NCBI GenBank assembly: GCA_036850965.1
Contig: JAZGQO010000014.1
Span: forward strand, 6,726,208 to 6,790,207
From: Patella caerulea
Taxonomy: Eukaryota
Length of the DNA: 64,000 nucleotides
Reading direction: 5' to 3'
Shown: positions 34,936-45,240 of the stretch, in pieces
Layout of the letters: each line of letters opens with the position of its first letter
How positions within the stretch are numbered: the first letter of the stretch is position 1
Program-made: the position numbers and the translations under genes
The notes under the pieces: generated by a model
Databases searched by the model: none
What the model saw: only the letters and a program-made list of their open reading frames with translations
What the model was told of the DNA's origin: nothing

Positions 34936-37167
34936 ATACGCCCACATTTTCATGTGGACGTATATTGTCGTCGCCCCTGTTCGTCTGTCCGTCCGTCCAC
35001 AATTGTTTGTGAACAGTCTACAGGTCACAATTTTTATCCGATTTCAATGAAACTCAAAATGTAGGTTTATCACCCTAAGATCTCGGTTCCTTTCGATATT
35101 GGCATGTATCGGACTGTAACTTCTTGGGTTATGGCCCCTGATTGTACGAAAAATCATTTTTTTTAGCTTGTGAACAGTGTAGAGGTCACAATTTTGAACC
35201 GATTTGGATGAAACTTGAAATGCATGTTTATAACTTAAAAATCTTGGTTCCTTTCGATATTTGCGCCAATCGGATCGTAACTTCCTGAATTATGGCCCCT
35301 GATTGTCCGAAAAATCACCCCTTTTTAGCTTGTGGTCCCTCTGGAGGTCAAAATTGTTATCCGATTTAAAAAAACGTTTGCTTATATCACCGTTACATGG
35401 TTATGAAGGTTGAGTTCGAATTTCGTGAAAATCGGACCAAAATTGACGGACAAAATGGCCGCGGTTTGTACGCGAATAGTGTGAAAATATGTTATATCAA
35501 GGTTGTGTACCTTATAGAGGTCACAATTTTGAACCGATGTTGATGAAACTTTACATGTATGTTTATAACCCAAAGATCTTGGTTCCTTTCGATATTTGCG
35601 CCAATCGGATTGTAACTTCCTGAATTATGGCCCCTGATTGTCCAAAAAATCGCCCTTTTTAGCTTGTGGTCCCTCTGGAGGTCAAAATTGTTATCGGATT
35701 TAAAAAAACATTTGATTATGTCACCGTTCCATGGTTATGAAGGTTGAGTTCGAATTTCGTGAATATCCGACCAAAATTGACAGACAAAATGGCGGCCGTT
35801 TGTACGCGAATAGTGTGAAAATATGTTATATCAAGGTTGTGGACCTTATAGATGTCACAATTTTGAACCCATTTTGATGAAACTTGACATGTATGTTTAT
35901 AATCCAAAGATCTTGGTTCCTTTCGATATTTGCGCCCATCGGATCGTAACTTCCTGAATTATGGCCCTTTTTAGCTTGTGGTCCCTCTGGAGGTCAAAAT
36001 TGTTATCGGATTTAAAAAAACGTTTGATTATGTCACCGTTCCATGGTTATGACGGGTGAGATTGAATTTCTTGAAAATCGGACCAAAATTGACAGACAAA
36101 ATGGCCGCCTTTTGTACTCGAATAGTGTGAAAATATGATATATAAAGCTTGTGGCCCTTATAGAGGTCACAATTTTGAACCAATTTTGATGAAACTTGAC
36201 ATGTATGTTTATAACCCAAAGATCTTGGTTCTTTTCGATATTTGCGCCCATCGGATCGTAACTTCCTGAATTATGGCCCCTGATTGTCCGAAAAAGCGCC
36301 CAATTTAGCTTGTGGTCCCTCTGGAGGTCAAAATTGTTATCCGATTTAAAAACCCGTTTGATTATAACCATTCCATGGTTATGAAGGTTGAGTTCGAATT
36401 TTGTGAAAATCAGACCAAAATTGACTGACAAAATGGCCGCCGTTTGTACGCGAATAGTGTGAAAATATGTTATTATATAACGGTTGTGGACCTTACAGAG
36501 GTTACAATTTTGAACCGATTTTGATGAAACCTGACATGTATGTTTTTAACCCAAAGATCTTGGTTCCTTTCAATATATGCGCCGATCGGATCATAGCTTC
36601 CTGAATTATATCCCCTGATTGTCCAAAAAATCGCTTTTGTTAGCTTTTGGTCCCTCTGGAGGTCAAAATTATTATCCGATTTAAAAAAACGTTTGACTAT
36701 ATCACCGTTACATGGTAGTGAAGAGAGAGTTTGAATTTCGTGAAAATCGGACTAGAATTGACGGACAAAATGGCTGCCATTTGTACTCGAATAGTGTGAA
36801 AATATGTTATATCAAGCTTGTGGCCCTTATAGAGGTCACAATTTTGAACCAATTTTGATGAAACTTGACATGTATGTTTATAACCCAAAGATCTTGGTTC
36901 TTTTCGATATTTGCGCCCATCGGATCGTAACTTCCTGAATTATGGCCCCTGATTGTACGAAAAATCACCCTTTTTAGCTTGTGGTCCCTCTGGAGGTCAC
37001 AATGATTATCTGATTTAAAAAAATATTTGATTATATCACAGTTACACCGTAGTTATTAGAGTTTGAATTATGATTTTCTGATGACTACTTAAAATGCAAC
37101 AACTCTGGTTGACTGCCCGGACGATTTGGCTGCTGTGTGGGCGTATGTTTCGTTGCCTGGCAACCTA
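34936..37167 (+). mobile_element. Family-B MITE (2.2 kb). Head atacgcccacattttcatgtggacgtatattgtcgtcgcccc, about 6 higher-order units of 330 bp (two subunits of about 165 bp), tail ...gggcgtatgtttcgttgcctggcaacctattttt
   Basis: Exact boundaries come from comparison with the empty site at 32882-32893 (gttttgtttttcaaataaaaaaag). The TSD is T-rich (TTTTT, ambiguous). Monomer period is 320-337 bp, from recurrences of ccttatagaggtcacaattttgaaccgattttgatgaaacttgacatg at about 35512, 35849, 36169, 36499 and 36839. Confidence 0.85.
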
Positions 37168-37648
37168 TTTTTCAAATAAAAAAAGTCATTATTTACTGAA
37201 GAGGGTCATCCATTCGTCTTTATGAATTGTAATTTAGAAGAAAACATAAATATATTTGTTTCAATGTTTTGTTTTCTTGTCCTAGTCCTACACATAATTA
37301 TTATGTGTAGAAACTCTTCTTTTGGATCCAACTCCCTGGCAGAAGTCATAAAGAGTGCACTGTACCTGCATGAAAATATGTTCACAGTAAGATAACAACA
37401 TCAATATTTCTGATTAGGATTCAATTCTAATTCTTGTTTTTAATTTTGGGTCCTCTCATTTCTAAATACTCCTACACACAAACAAATTATTAACATAAAA
37501 TTGAATCATAATCAGAAAACTTTGGTGGTGGTGAGCATATTAGGGGCCTGACAGGTACATAGTGTAAATCATCATTTAGTTTTGCTTTCCATCATATTGC
37601 ATTACTTTTTTGGGAGAATCATTCTTTCATTCTTTTGAAACATTTTAG

Positions 37649-37723
37649 GAGATACTAACCAACCACGGATACCACCACCTATCAGAAGACAGCTATCCAG
37701 AGATCGTGAAAGGTCATCATTCA
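37649..37723 (+). CDS. Candidate 75-nt symmetric cassette exon, copy 2 (duplicate of 33356-33430)
   Basis: Same splice signals as copy 1. Three nucleotide differences from copy 1. Included at phase 1 it reads DTNQPRIPPPIRRQLSRDRERSSF. Confidence 0.25.
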
Positions 37724-38299
37724 GTAAGTTCAAAACTGTTTACAAATTTTTCATTCGTATTATCAGGTGCCTCGAAACCTGTCTGCAAAATATACATGTA
37801 AACTATATTGGCACTACAAAGTTTTTAGTTGCTTTTAATGAATTCTGGTATATGTGCCCTAGTCCCTCAAGATCGTATTTGTGGATAATTTGCATTCATC
37901 AAAAATGGCCTATGAATGATCAGATATTTGTTACTGTCCTTACGTATTCCACTAGTTGCTTCAACTGTCACACAAAACTAGTCGTTGTCAAATAGAGAGA
38001 CAACTATCTATTATTTTTTGAATTGTTGCTCATATATCTTAAACTTGTAAAGAAAGAAAATAATCGTTTTATGATCTTTTTTTTCAAATTTGCCAGAATT
38101 TGTCAAAAGATCTTGCATTACTTTAACCTTTATTAACATATTAGATGGCTCAAGATGTTGGTGGGCATAAATTTCGTTGATGTCTTCTGCATCACGAGAC
38201 TGTATTGATTCCATCAATAGATCAGCCTGATAAAGTTGATTTGAAAAAGATGTGATTTTAGTCATATGGTGTCTTTAGATATTTTCTTACTTATTTCAG

Positions 38300-38356
38300 T
38301 TGATCCAAGTGTATACAGTGAAGAGAGTGATGATGAAATGGGATATGGTTTATTTG
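38300..38356 (+). CDS. PARP4: PARP4-like exon 27 (acidic linker micro-exon)
   Basis: Polypyrimidine tract ttttcttacttatttcAG. Donor G|GTCAGT. Encodes (V)DPSVYSEESDDEMGYGLF. Phase 1/1, compatible with exons 26 and 28. Confidence 0.4.
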
Positions 38357-38694
38357 GTCAGTATTCCTTATAAAGATATTGAAAATGTTGCTAAACATAT
38401 TTTGGTCTATTTCATTGAGATGCCTTTTTATAAGCCAATAAGCCCTTCGTACTGTAGAATGTTCTCGTTGTCGGGCTTTGCTCCTGTTTGCTCGCTACAC
38501 TTATTATTTTGGCATTTTCCGAGATTCTATCCGGATTATCGCCCTTATTGTTGAAATTGTTTGACGTTTTAACATCTGACGTCAACTGGCAGACTATCGC
38601 CTTTGAGAGACGACCATTGTCAAGATCGGTCGCATTATTTCTGTTACCTCTTCTTTTTTTTTCAAATCATTTTTAGTGAAGCCTGTACCATAAC

Positions 38695-38890
38695 AGGCCC
38701 GGGACTGTACAGCGCAGTGGCCGGGCATGCACCCAATACAATAGGGGTCATCCTTAGGGTATAAAGAATAAGTATGTAAAGTTTCCGGATCCATTCACTT
38801 GATTTGATATTTTCCGCAGGTCAATCTTATAGGTTTTTGATTTTCGTGTAGTGCGATCCCCCTGCACTTACTAATATATTAACGTTAAGT
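38695..38890 (+). mobile_element. tRNA-derived SINE, family 1 (A box GGGACTGTACAGCGCAGTGGCC)
   Basis: ccataacaggcccgggactgtacagcgcagtggccgggcatgcac...ccggatccattcacttgat...gtagtgcgatccccctgcacttactaa. Matches the reverse complement of 17095-17300. Confidence 0.65.
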
Positions 38891-39525
38891 TATTTACCAA
38901 TTTTCGTTTACAAGGGTGGCTCAGTGACAAAGACGTTGTCTCATTAACCAGGAAAGCTGGAGGTTCAAATTAGGTGACGGTGTTGGTCAAGAAAGTGGTG
39001 AAAAAAGGAGGCCCAGACAAGGAATAGTGTCTAGTCCTTCTGCATGCAACTGAAAGAACATTTGGCAGTTGTGATTTAAAACCAGAGTAGACAGAAATGT
39101 AGCTATGCATGCAACATTTCCCTTGTAGCAAACTGCATGGCAACATGGCCATCATGGTAATCCTGGTTGCTTCATAACAGTAGGCTATGAAATGGCATTT
39201 CATTTGAAACTTATTCCATTTGTTATTACAATATCTCGCCTCCCTGTCATAGTATTACTCAGTAGAGTACTTATTATCCATAAATGGTGCTGTATTTGAT
39301 TACTAATGGAAATTCAGAGAATAAACTTTTTAATTTATTTGATCATTCTATCAACATTCCATTTGAAAAATTTAAGATGTTATCAGATTGATCACCATCA
39401 CACTGATGACAATGAGTTAAACAGTTATGTTTCTAATTCTTCTGTTTTTTTACTTATTTCTCTCTTTTAATTCATTTAATTTAAAACTGTCCACCTGTTA
39501 TTTTATGCCATAAAATTTATTTCAG

Positions 39526-39567
39526 ATGAAGATATGGATTGGACACAAAGTGCAGACTTGTGCCATG
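39526..39567 (+). CDS. PARP4: PARP4-like exon 28 (acidic linker micro-exon)
   Basis: Acceptor aatttatttcAG, donor G|GTAAAA. Encodes (D)EDMDWTQSADLCH. 42 nt. Phase 1/1. Confidence 0.35.
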
Positions 39568-40360
39568 GTAAAATTTTATTTAATTAGATTAATTATTATG
39601 CTTTTTTTTAAACAAATACTTAATTTCAAATTGTTTAAACAGCATTTAGTAACTAAATGTGAATAACTGATGACACAATAATACAATTTACTGCAAAGAT
39701 TTATTTCTGGGAAATGTTGCCTAAATAAATCTTTTAAATAAATTGTATTCCATATAATTGTATCATGTTATACTTCCAGATGAGTTTGGATTTGCATAAT
39801 GTTGTTCACGCTTCCTTCTGTCTGATCATCTATACAATTCATCCAGTATTGAGTTACCTCTTAATGCTTGAGCATTCATGCTTTCCATGACTGATTCAGG
39901 ACTCTTAATTTCAATAGTCTTCATCAGCTTTATCCCAGATAGTTTTTACTTTATTAATCTAAAAACTCTGACCAGTAGATAGAACTGTGCCAAAACTTAA
40001 AATGTAAGCCTACCTTTGAATTTCAAATGTGTTCAGTTTATTACTTGGCAAACAATCCCAGCATGTTTGAAAAAACACTTCTCTGTATTCAATAAGGTTT
40101 GTCCAGCCCAGGTAAACGTTGCTCTCAGTATTAGACTTATTTTTCACACTTTTATTGCTCTATTCTTGGAATTGACTAGCATGGTAAGGATGAACTTGCA
40201 GGGGTATCTAGTAATTGCTCTCTTCGCCAGATTTTTTTGAAAATTTTGAACATATTAGAATTTATTAGATTGTAAGGATGAACTTAATTACTGATAGTCA
40301 TTATATATTGGCATTTTAACACACAACCTAATCTGAAAGACACAATTTGAAGAAAACATT

Positions 40361-41690
40361 GACTAGCGGCTGCCAGACAGGATACACCCACTTTTTGCAA
40401 ATATTGATAGAGAACAAGCTATTTTTATACGTCCTCATTCATAATGTGGATGTATTATGCCATCACCCCTGTCTGTGTGTGTCTGTATGTATGTGTGTGA
40501 TCCCTATTGTTTTTGGTGCATGCCCAACACCCATGGGCAGAACCATGCCCATTTCTTGTATTTGTTTGTTTGTCGCCTACAGGCCACATTCCTTAACGTA
40601 TTATTTTGAAACTTAGCTTACTAATACTTTGTACCCTAAGTAACATCCCTATCGTTTGGGGTGCATGCCCTATCCCCAGGGACAGAGCCACACCCATTTT
40701 CTTTTTGTGTGCCTCTATGTCGCTTACAGGCCACAATTTCTAAATCGATAATCTTGAAACTTTACATACTTATTCTTTATACCCTAAGGATGATCCCTAT
40801 TGTATTGGGTGTATGCCCAACCCCCTGGGACAGAGCCACACCCATTTCTTGTATTAGTTTGTTTGTCGTTTACAGGCTGCATTTCTTAACGTATCATCTT
40901 GAAACTTTGCATGCTTTTTTTTGTGCCCTAAGGAACATCCCTATCGTTTGGGGTGCATGCCCACCCCCCAGGGACAGTGCCACGCCCATTTTCTTTTTGT
41001 GTGTCAGTGTATTGACTGTGTTTTGTGTGTCTCTATGTCGCTTACAGGCCACAATTCTAAATCGATAATCTTGAAACTTTACATACTTATTCTTTATACC
41101 CTAAGGATGACCTCTATTGTATTGGGTGCATGCCCGGCCCCCTGGGACAGAGCCACGCCCATTTCTTGTATTAGTTTGTTTGTCGTTTACAGGCTGCATT
41201 TCCTAATGTTTCATCTTGAAACTTTGCATGCTTATTCTTTGTGCCCTAAGGAATATCCTTATCATTTGGGATGCGTGCCCACCCCCCAGGGACAGTGCCA
41301 CGCTCATTTTCTTTTTGTGTGTCTGTGTATTGACTACAGGCCACAATTCTTAATTGATCATCTTGAAAACATTTTTATACTTATTCTGTATACCCTAAGA
41401 CTGACCTTTATTATTTTTTGGTGCATGCCCGATCCCCTGTGACAGAGCCACGCCCAATGTTTATGTGTCTTGTGTTTTGCCTACAGAGCGTAATTCTTAA
41501 CATATCCTTTTCAAACTTTGCAAACCTATTCCATATACCCTAAGGATGACCCCTATTTTTTTTGTGATTGCCCAACTCTCAGAGTCATACCCATTTTTAC
41601 TTCGTGTCTATGTTTGTTGCCTACAGGCCTAGCGTTCTTGACAAAGTAGTATATCAATCAAAGCAGGAATGTGGACGTATATTTTAGCGT
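40361..41690 (+). mobile_element. Composite element: C-type terminal fragment (40361-40420), diverged A-type head, about 8 satellite monomers of about 155 bp (higher-order 310 bp), head-like fragment at the right end
   Basis: The unit ccctaagga.ga.ccctat.gt.t.gggtgcatgccc...gggacag.gccacgcccatttc recurs at about 40640, 40790, 40930, 41100, 41250, 41395 and 41540. ORFs 40661..41068 and 40921..41442 are repeat artefacts. Confidence 0.7.
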
Positions 41691-41699
41691 TAGCGTTAT

Positions 41700-42600
41700 G
41701 TTTGATGTTTGTACAATTAAGATCTTTGCGTTATAAAGATAAGAATTGAATCAGAATTGTGTCTAAAACCTTGATAGATCGTGTATTTACACTATTTGTG
41801 TACGTGGGGTGGCCATTTTGACTGGCAGTTTTGGTCTGATTTTCACAAAATTCGAACTCAACCATCAGTTTAAATTCGATAAAAATAAGAGCTCTAGAGG
41901 GACATAAAAATAAGATTTTTCGTACAATCAAGGGTAATATTTCAAGAAGTTATGATCCAATCTGTGCGAATATCAAGTTTCATCAAAATTGGATCAAAAT
42001 TGTGCCCTGTAGAGTGTCCACAATCTTGATATACCATATATTTACACTATTTGTATTCGAAGGGTGGCCATTGTTTCCGGCAGATTTGTAATGATTTTCA
42101 CAAAATTCGAACTCAACCTCATTATCATGTAACGGTGATATATTCAAAGGTTTTTTTTTAAATTGGATAAAAATTGTTAGCTCTAGGGACCACAAGCGAA
42201 TAACAAGACTTTTTTGTACAATCAAGGGCCATATTTCAGGAAGTTATTATCTGATATGCTCGAATATCAACAGGAACCACAATCTTGTGTCTATTAACAT
42301 GTATTTCAAGTTTCATTAAAAATCGGATCAAAATTGTGGTCTATAGGGGATCCACAGCCTTGACATACCATGTATTTACACTATTTGCGTACATATGGCA
42401 GAAATTTTGTCTGGCAGTTTTGGTCCATTTTCACCAAATTCCAACTCAGCTGTTATTGCAGTTTAATGTTGATATATTCAAAATTGTTAGCTCTAGAGCG
42501 ACCATAATTCAGGAAGTTACAATCCGATATGCATGAATATCAAAAGAAACCAAGACTGTTAGGCTGTAAACGTGCATTTCAATCGTATTGAAATATGGAA
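41700..42600 (-). repeat. Family-B satellite monomers in reverse orientation
   Basis: tgtggaccctatagaggtcac-type monomers read as the reverse complement (gtgacctctagag..., ccatttt gtc...). Confidence 0.7.
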
Positions 42601-42929
42601 GCGCAAATGTAGAAATAGATTCTAGATTGTATGTATATATATGTGCTGTAACCTAAAATCTAGATCTGAATGGATTTTTTAAAATAAATTTTATGTTGTC
42701 AACAGATAGTCATGATCAATTTTTTTAAATTCAATTCAATCCAAGCCGTGAGATTGGCATTTATATTTTGATTTTGTTGTCATAATTAACCTTAAAATCC
42801 CAGACAAGAGGTTCTAGGGTTTAATTTTGTAAACTAGCCCAAAACTTTGAAATGCTGAAAACCTTCATATTGACTAGAGGCTGATGGGCACATGTTTTGT
42901 TGTATGACAATGTATTTTTAGATAATTTT

Positions 42930-43964
42930 TATATGCCACAATTTCCAGTGGACGTATTATGTCGTCGCCCCTGTCCGTCCGTCCGTCCACAATTTGTTTG
43001 TGGACTATCTACATGTCACAATTCCTATCTGATTTTGACGAAACTTGAAATATAGGTTTATCCCCATAAGATCTATTGGCGTGTATGGGATCGGAACTTC
43101 ATGGATTATGGCCCCTGATTGTGCGAAATATCATGTTTTTAGCTTGTGGACCCTATAGAGGTCACAATTTTAAACCGATTGTGATGAAACTTGACATGCA
43201 TGTCTATAACCCCAAAATCTTGGTTCCTTTCGATATTTGTGCCCATCGGATCGTAACTTCCTGAATTATGGCCCCTGATTGTCCGAAAAATCGCCCTTTT
43301 TAGCTTGTGGTCCCTCTGGAGGTCAAAATTATTATCCGATTTAAAAAAACGTTTGATTATATCACCGTTACATGGTAATAAAGGTGGAGTTCAAATTCTG
43401 TGAAAATCGGACCAAAATTGTCAAACAAAATGACCGCTGTTTGTATATGAATACTGTTAAAAAATGGTATAACATGGTTGTGGACCCTGTATAGGTCACA
43501 ATATAATTTGATTTTGATGAAACTTGAAATGCATGGTTATAACCCAAAGATCTTGATTCCTTTCGGTATTTGCGCATAACGGATCGTAACTTCCTGAATT
43601 ATTCGAATTTCGTGAAAATCATACCAAAATTGCCGGACGAAATGGTCGCCGTTTGTACGCGAATAGTGTAAAGATATGGTATATCATGGTTGTGGACTCT
43701 GTACAGGTCACAATTCCTATCCGATTTTGCCAAAAAGTCACATTTCTAGGTTGTGTACCGTCACACCATAATCATTGTCGGCTTCGAATTTCATGAATAT
43801 CAGACTGGAACTGACCAACAAAATGGCTGCTCCCAATACAGTATGAAATACAGGACTTAATGATGTAGGAAAAATCACTTTTGGTATTGCTTGTTCTCTA
43901 TCCGTCTCTCGAAAATGTGGGCGTATCCTGCCTGGCAGTGCCAGCCTATCTTTTACATATTTCA
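42930..43964 (+). mobile_element. Family-B/C MITE copy. A-type head at the left, B monomers, C-type terminus at the right (ctctatccgtctctcgaaaatgtgggcgtatcctgcctggcagtgccagcc)
   Basis: Head at 42931 (tatatgccacaatttccagtggacgtattatgtcgtcgcccctgtccgtccgtccgtccacaa). C terminus at 43900-43964. Its reverse-complement counterpart is 60190-61340. Confidence 0.75.
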
Positions 43965-44260
43965 GGGATTGATGAAAAGAAAATATGTGACAATGTTAAT
44001 AAAGAAAGAGATTTTGATTTACTTGGTCTTGGTTAGTATGTTTAAAGGAGTTAAATCACTAATCTTTGGCACCTAGAAATGGACACAAATGGGCCGTAAC
44101 TCAAAAGCCACTTGTATGGCGGCTGACGAAACGTCCTGCTACAATGTATCAGATCTTCATGTAGTGGAGTCAAACGAAAGTATAAAAAATTCAAAAACAA
44201 GATATACATCAGTATTTATAGATTGAATTGTATGTAATCAGTTATTTTTAAATTTTGCAG

Positions 44261-44544
44261 GAGATTGTCAACTTCCACAATCTCTTTCATCATGGATGGA
44301 TGGAAAAAAATATGCTGCACCACCTCCCCCACATCCAGTTTCATCATCTAAACCTCCACCACCACCACCACCACCAAGATCTGGGGTTCCGCCTACCCCT
44401 CCTCTACCTGGTGTAGCAGCTGCACCACCAGGACCTCCATCCCCACTCTCTACACCAGATGTTCTCTCTAGAAAAGAAAGAAGAATTTGTGATGAAAGAG
44501 AGCAGTTAATCAAAAACATTCAAGCTGGATCATTACTTGGAAAG
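44261..44544 (+). CDS. PARP4: PARP4-like exon 29: poly-proline tract plus the N-terminal half of a WH2-like motif
   Basis: Same frame as ORF 44296..44565. Encodes ...KYAAPPPPHPVSSSKPPPPPPPPRSGVPPTPPLPGVAAAPPGPPSPLSTPDVLSRKERRICDEREQLIKNIQAGSLLGK. Acceptor aattttgcAG. Donor AAG|GTAAAC. Phase 1 in, phase 0 out. Confidence 0.5.
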
Positions 44545-44758
44545 GTAAACATTTTATACATGTAGTTGTTTTATATTGTATGTTTATTTCAGTAGTGAAT
44601 TCTAAAACGTTCAGAGAACTGAAAAATGGTGAGAGTCAGAAGCATTATTGCAACAAGAAATAGAACTTTACTTACAGGTAGAAAAGTCATGGTTTAATCA
44701 AAGTTAGCATCATTTATAGGATTTGGTTCTTTTATGAATGCTTTTTAAATATCAATAG

Positions 44759-44882
44759 GTTGAACATCAAATACAGGCCAAAATCCCATCAGTTGATGAA
44801 CAAGATGGTTTAGGTAATAGACAGAGAGTTGCTAGAGGTGCAGAACTTTCCAGAAAACAAAGTCAAAAAATTGAAAATCTGA
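44759..44882 (+). CDS. PARP4: PARP4-like exon 30 (completes WH2-like LGKVEHQ; basic/charged)
   Basis: Acceptor atcaatAG. Donor A|GTATGT. Encodes VEHQIQAKIPSVDEQDGLGNRQRVARGAELSRKQSQKIENL. Phase 0 in, phase 1 out. Confidence 0.45.
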
Positions 44883-45240
44883 GTATGTATGAAATTTTAA
44901 ACTTGCATTATGCAAGAACAAAATCTGCCTATTATGTGTCTTTCTTTAAGCCTAAAATGTTATCTAAATTATTAATTAGACATTAATTAACTTATCCAGA
45001 CCATAATAAACTCTCGATGTCAAGGTTAGCCTTCGATGGAAGCTGGATTAGATTCAAATATGCCGCTGAACGGCCATTGTAATTAAATCAAAACATTGGA
45101 TAATCGAGACTACTCTATTTATATTAATGATTTTAGTAATGGTGACCGAGGCTATTTAGAAATTTCACGCACTCCGTTCTTGACCTATTGTGGATCAATT
45201 TGACTGAAATTTTCAGCAAATTACATTTACACTATATAGT

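Noticed and set aside
35382-36888. Repeated 63-aa minus-strand ORFs (MGYKHTCKVSSTSVQNCDLYKVHNLDITYFHTIRVQTAAILSVNFGPIFTKF...) and ORF 36033..36431
   Set aside because: There is one ORF per 330-bp satellite unit inside the MITE. They are periodic artefacts of the repeat.
38011-38265. 84-aa minus-strand ORF just upstream of PARP4 exon 27
   Set aside because: There is no homology, no splice context, and the composition is AT-rich. It is most likely a chance intronic ORF.
40661-41442. ORFs 40661..41068 and 40921..41442 (Cys/Pro-rich)
   Set aside because: They are encoded by the 155/310-bp satellite. Their reading frames are kept open by repeat periodicity, not by coding constraint.
44268-44519. 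Minus-strand ORF rich in Gly (GGGGGGGLDDETGCGGGGAAYFF...)
   Set aside because: It is the antisense of the poly-proline coding exon (CCN codons read as NGG). Only the + strand chains with the flanking PARP4 exons.
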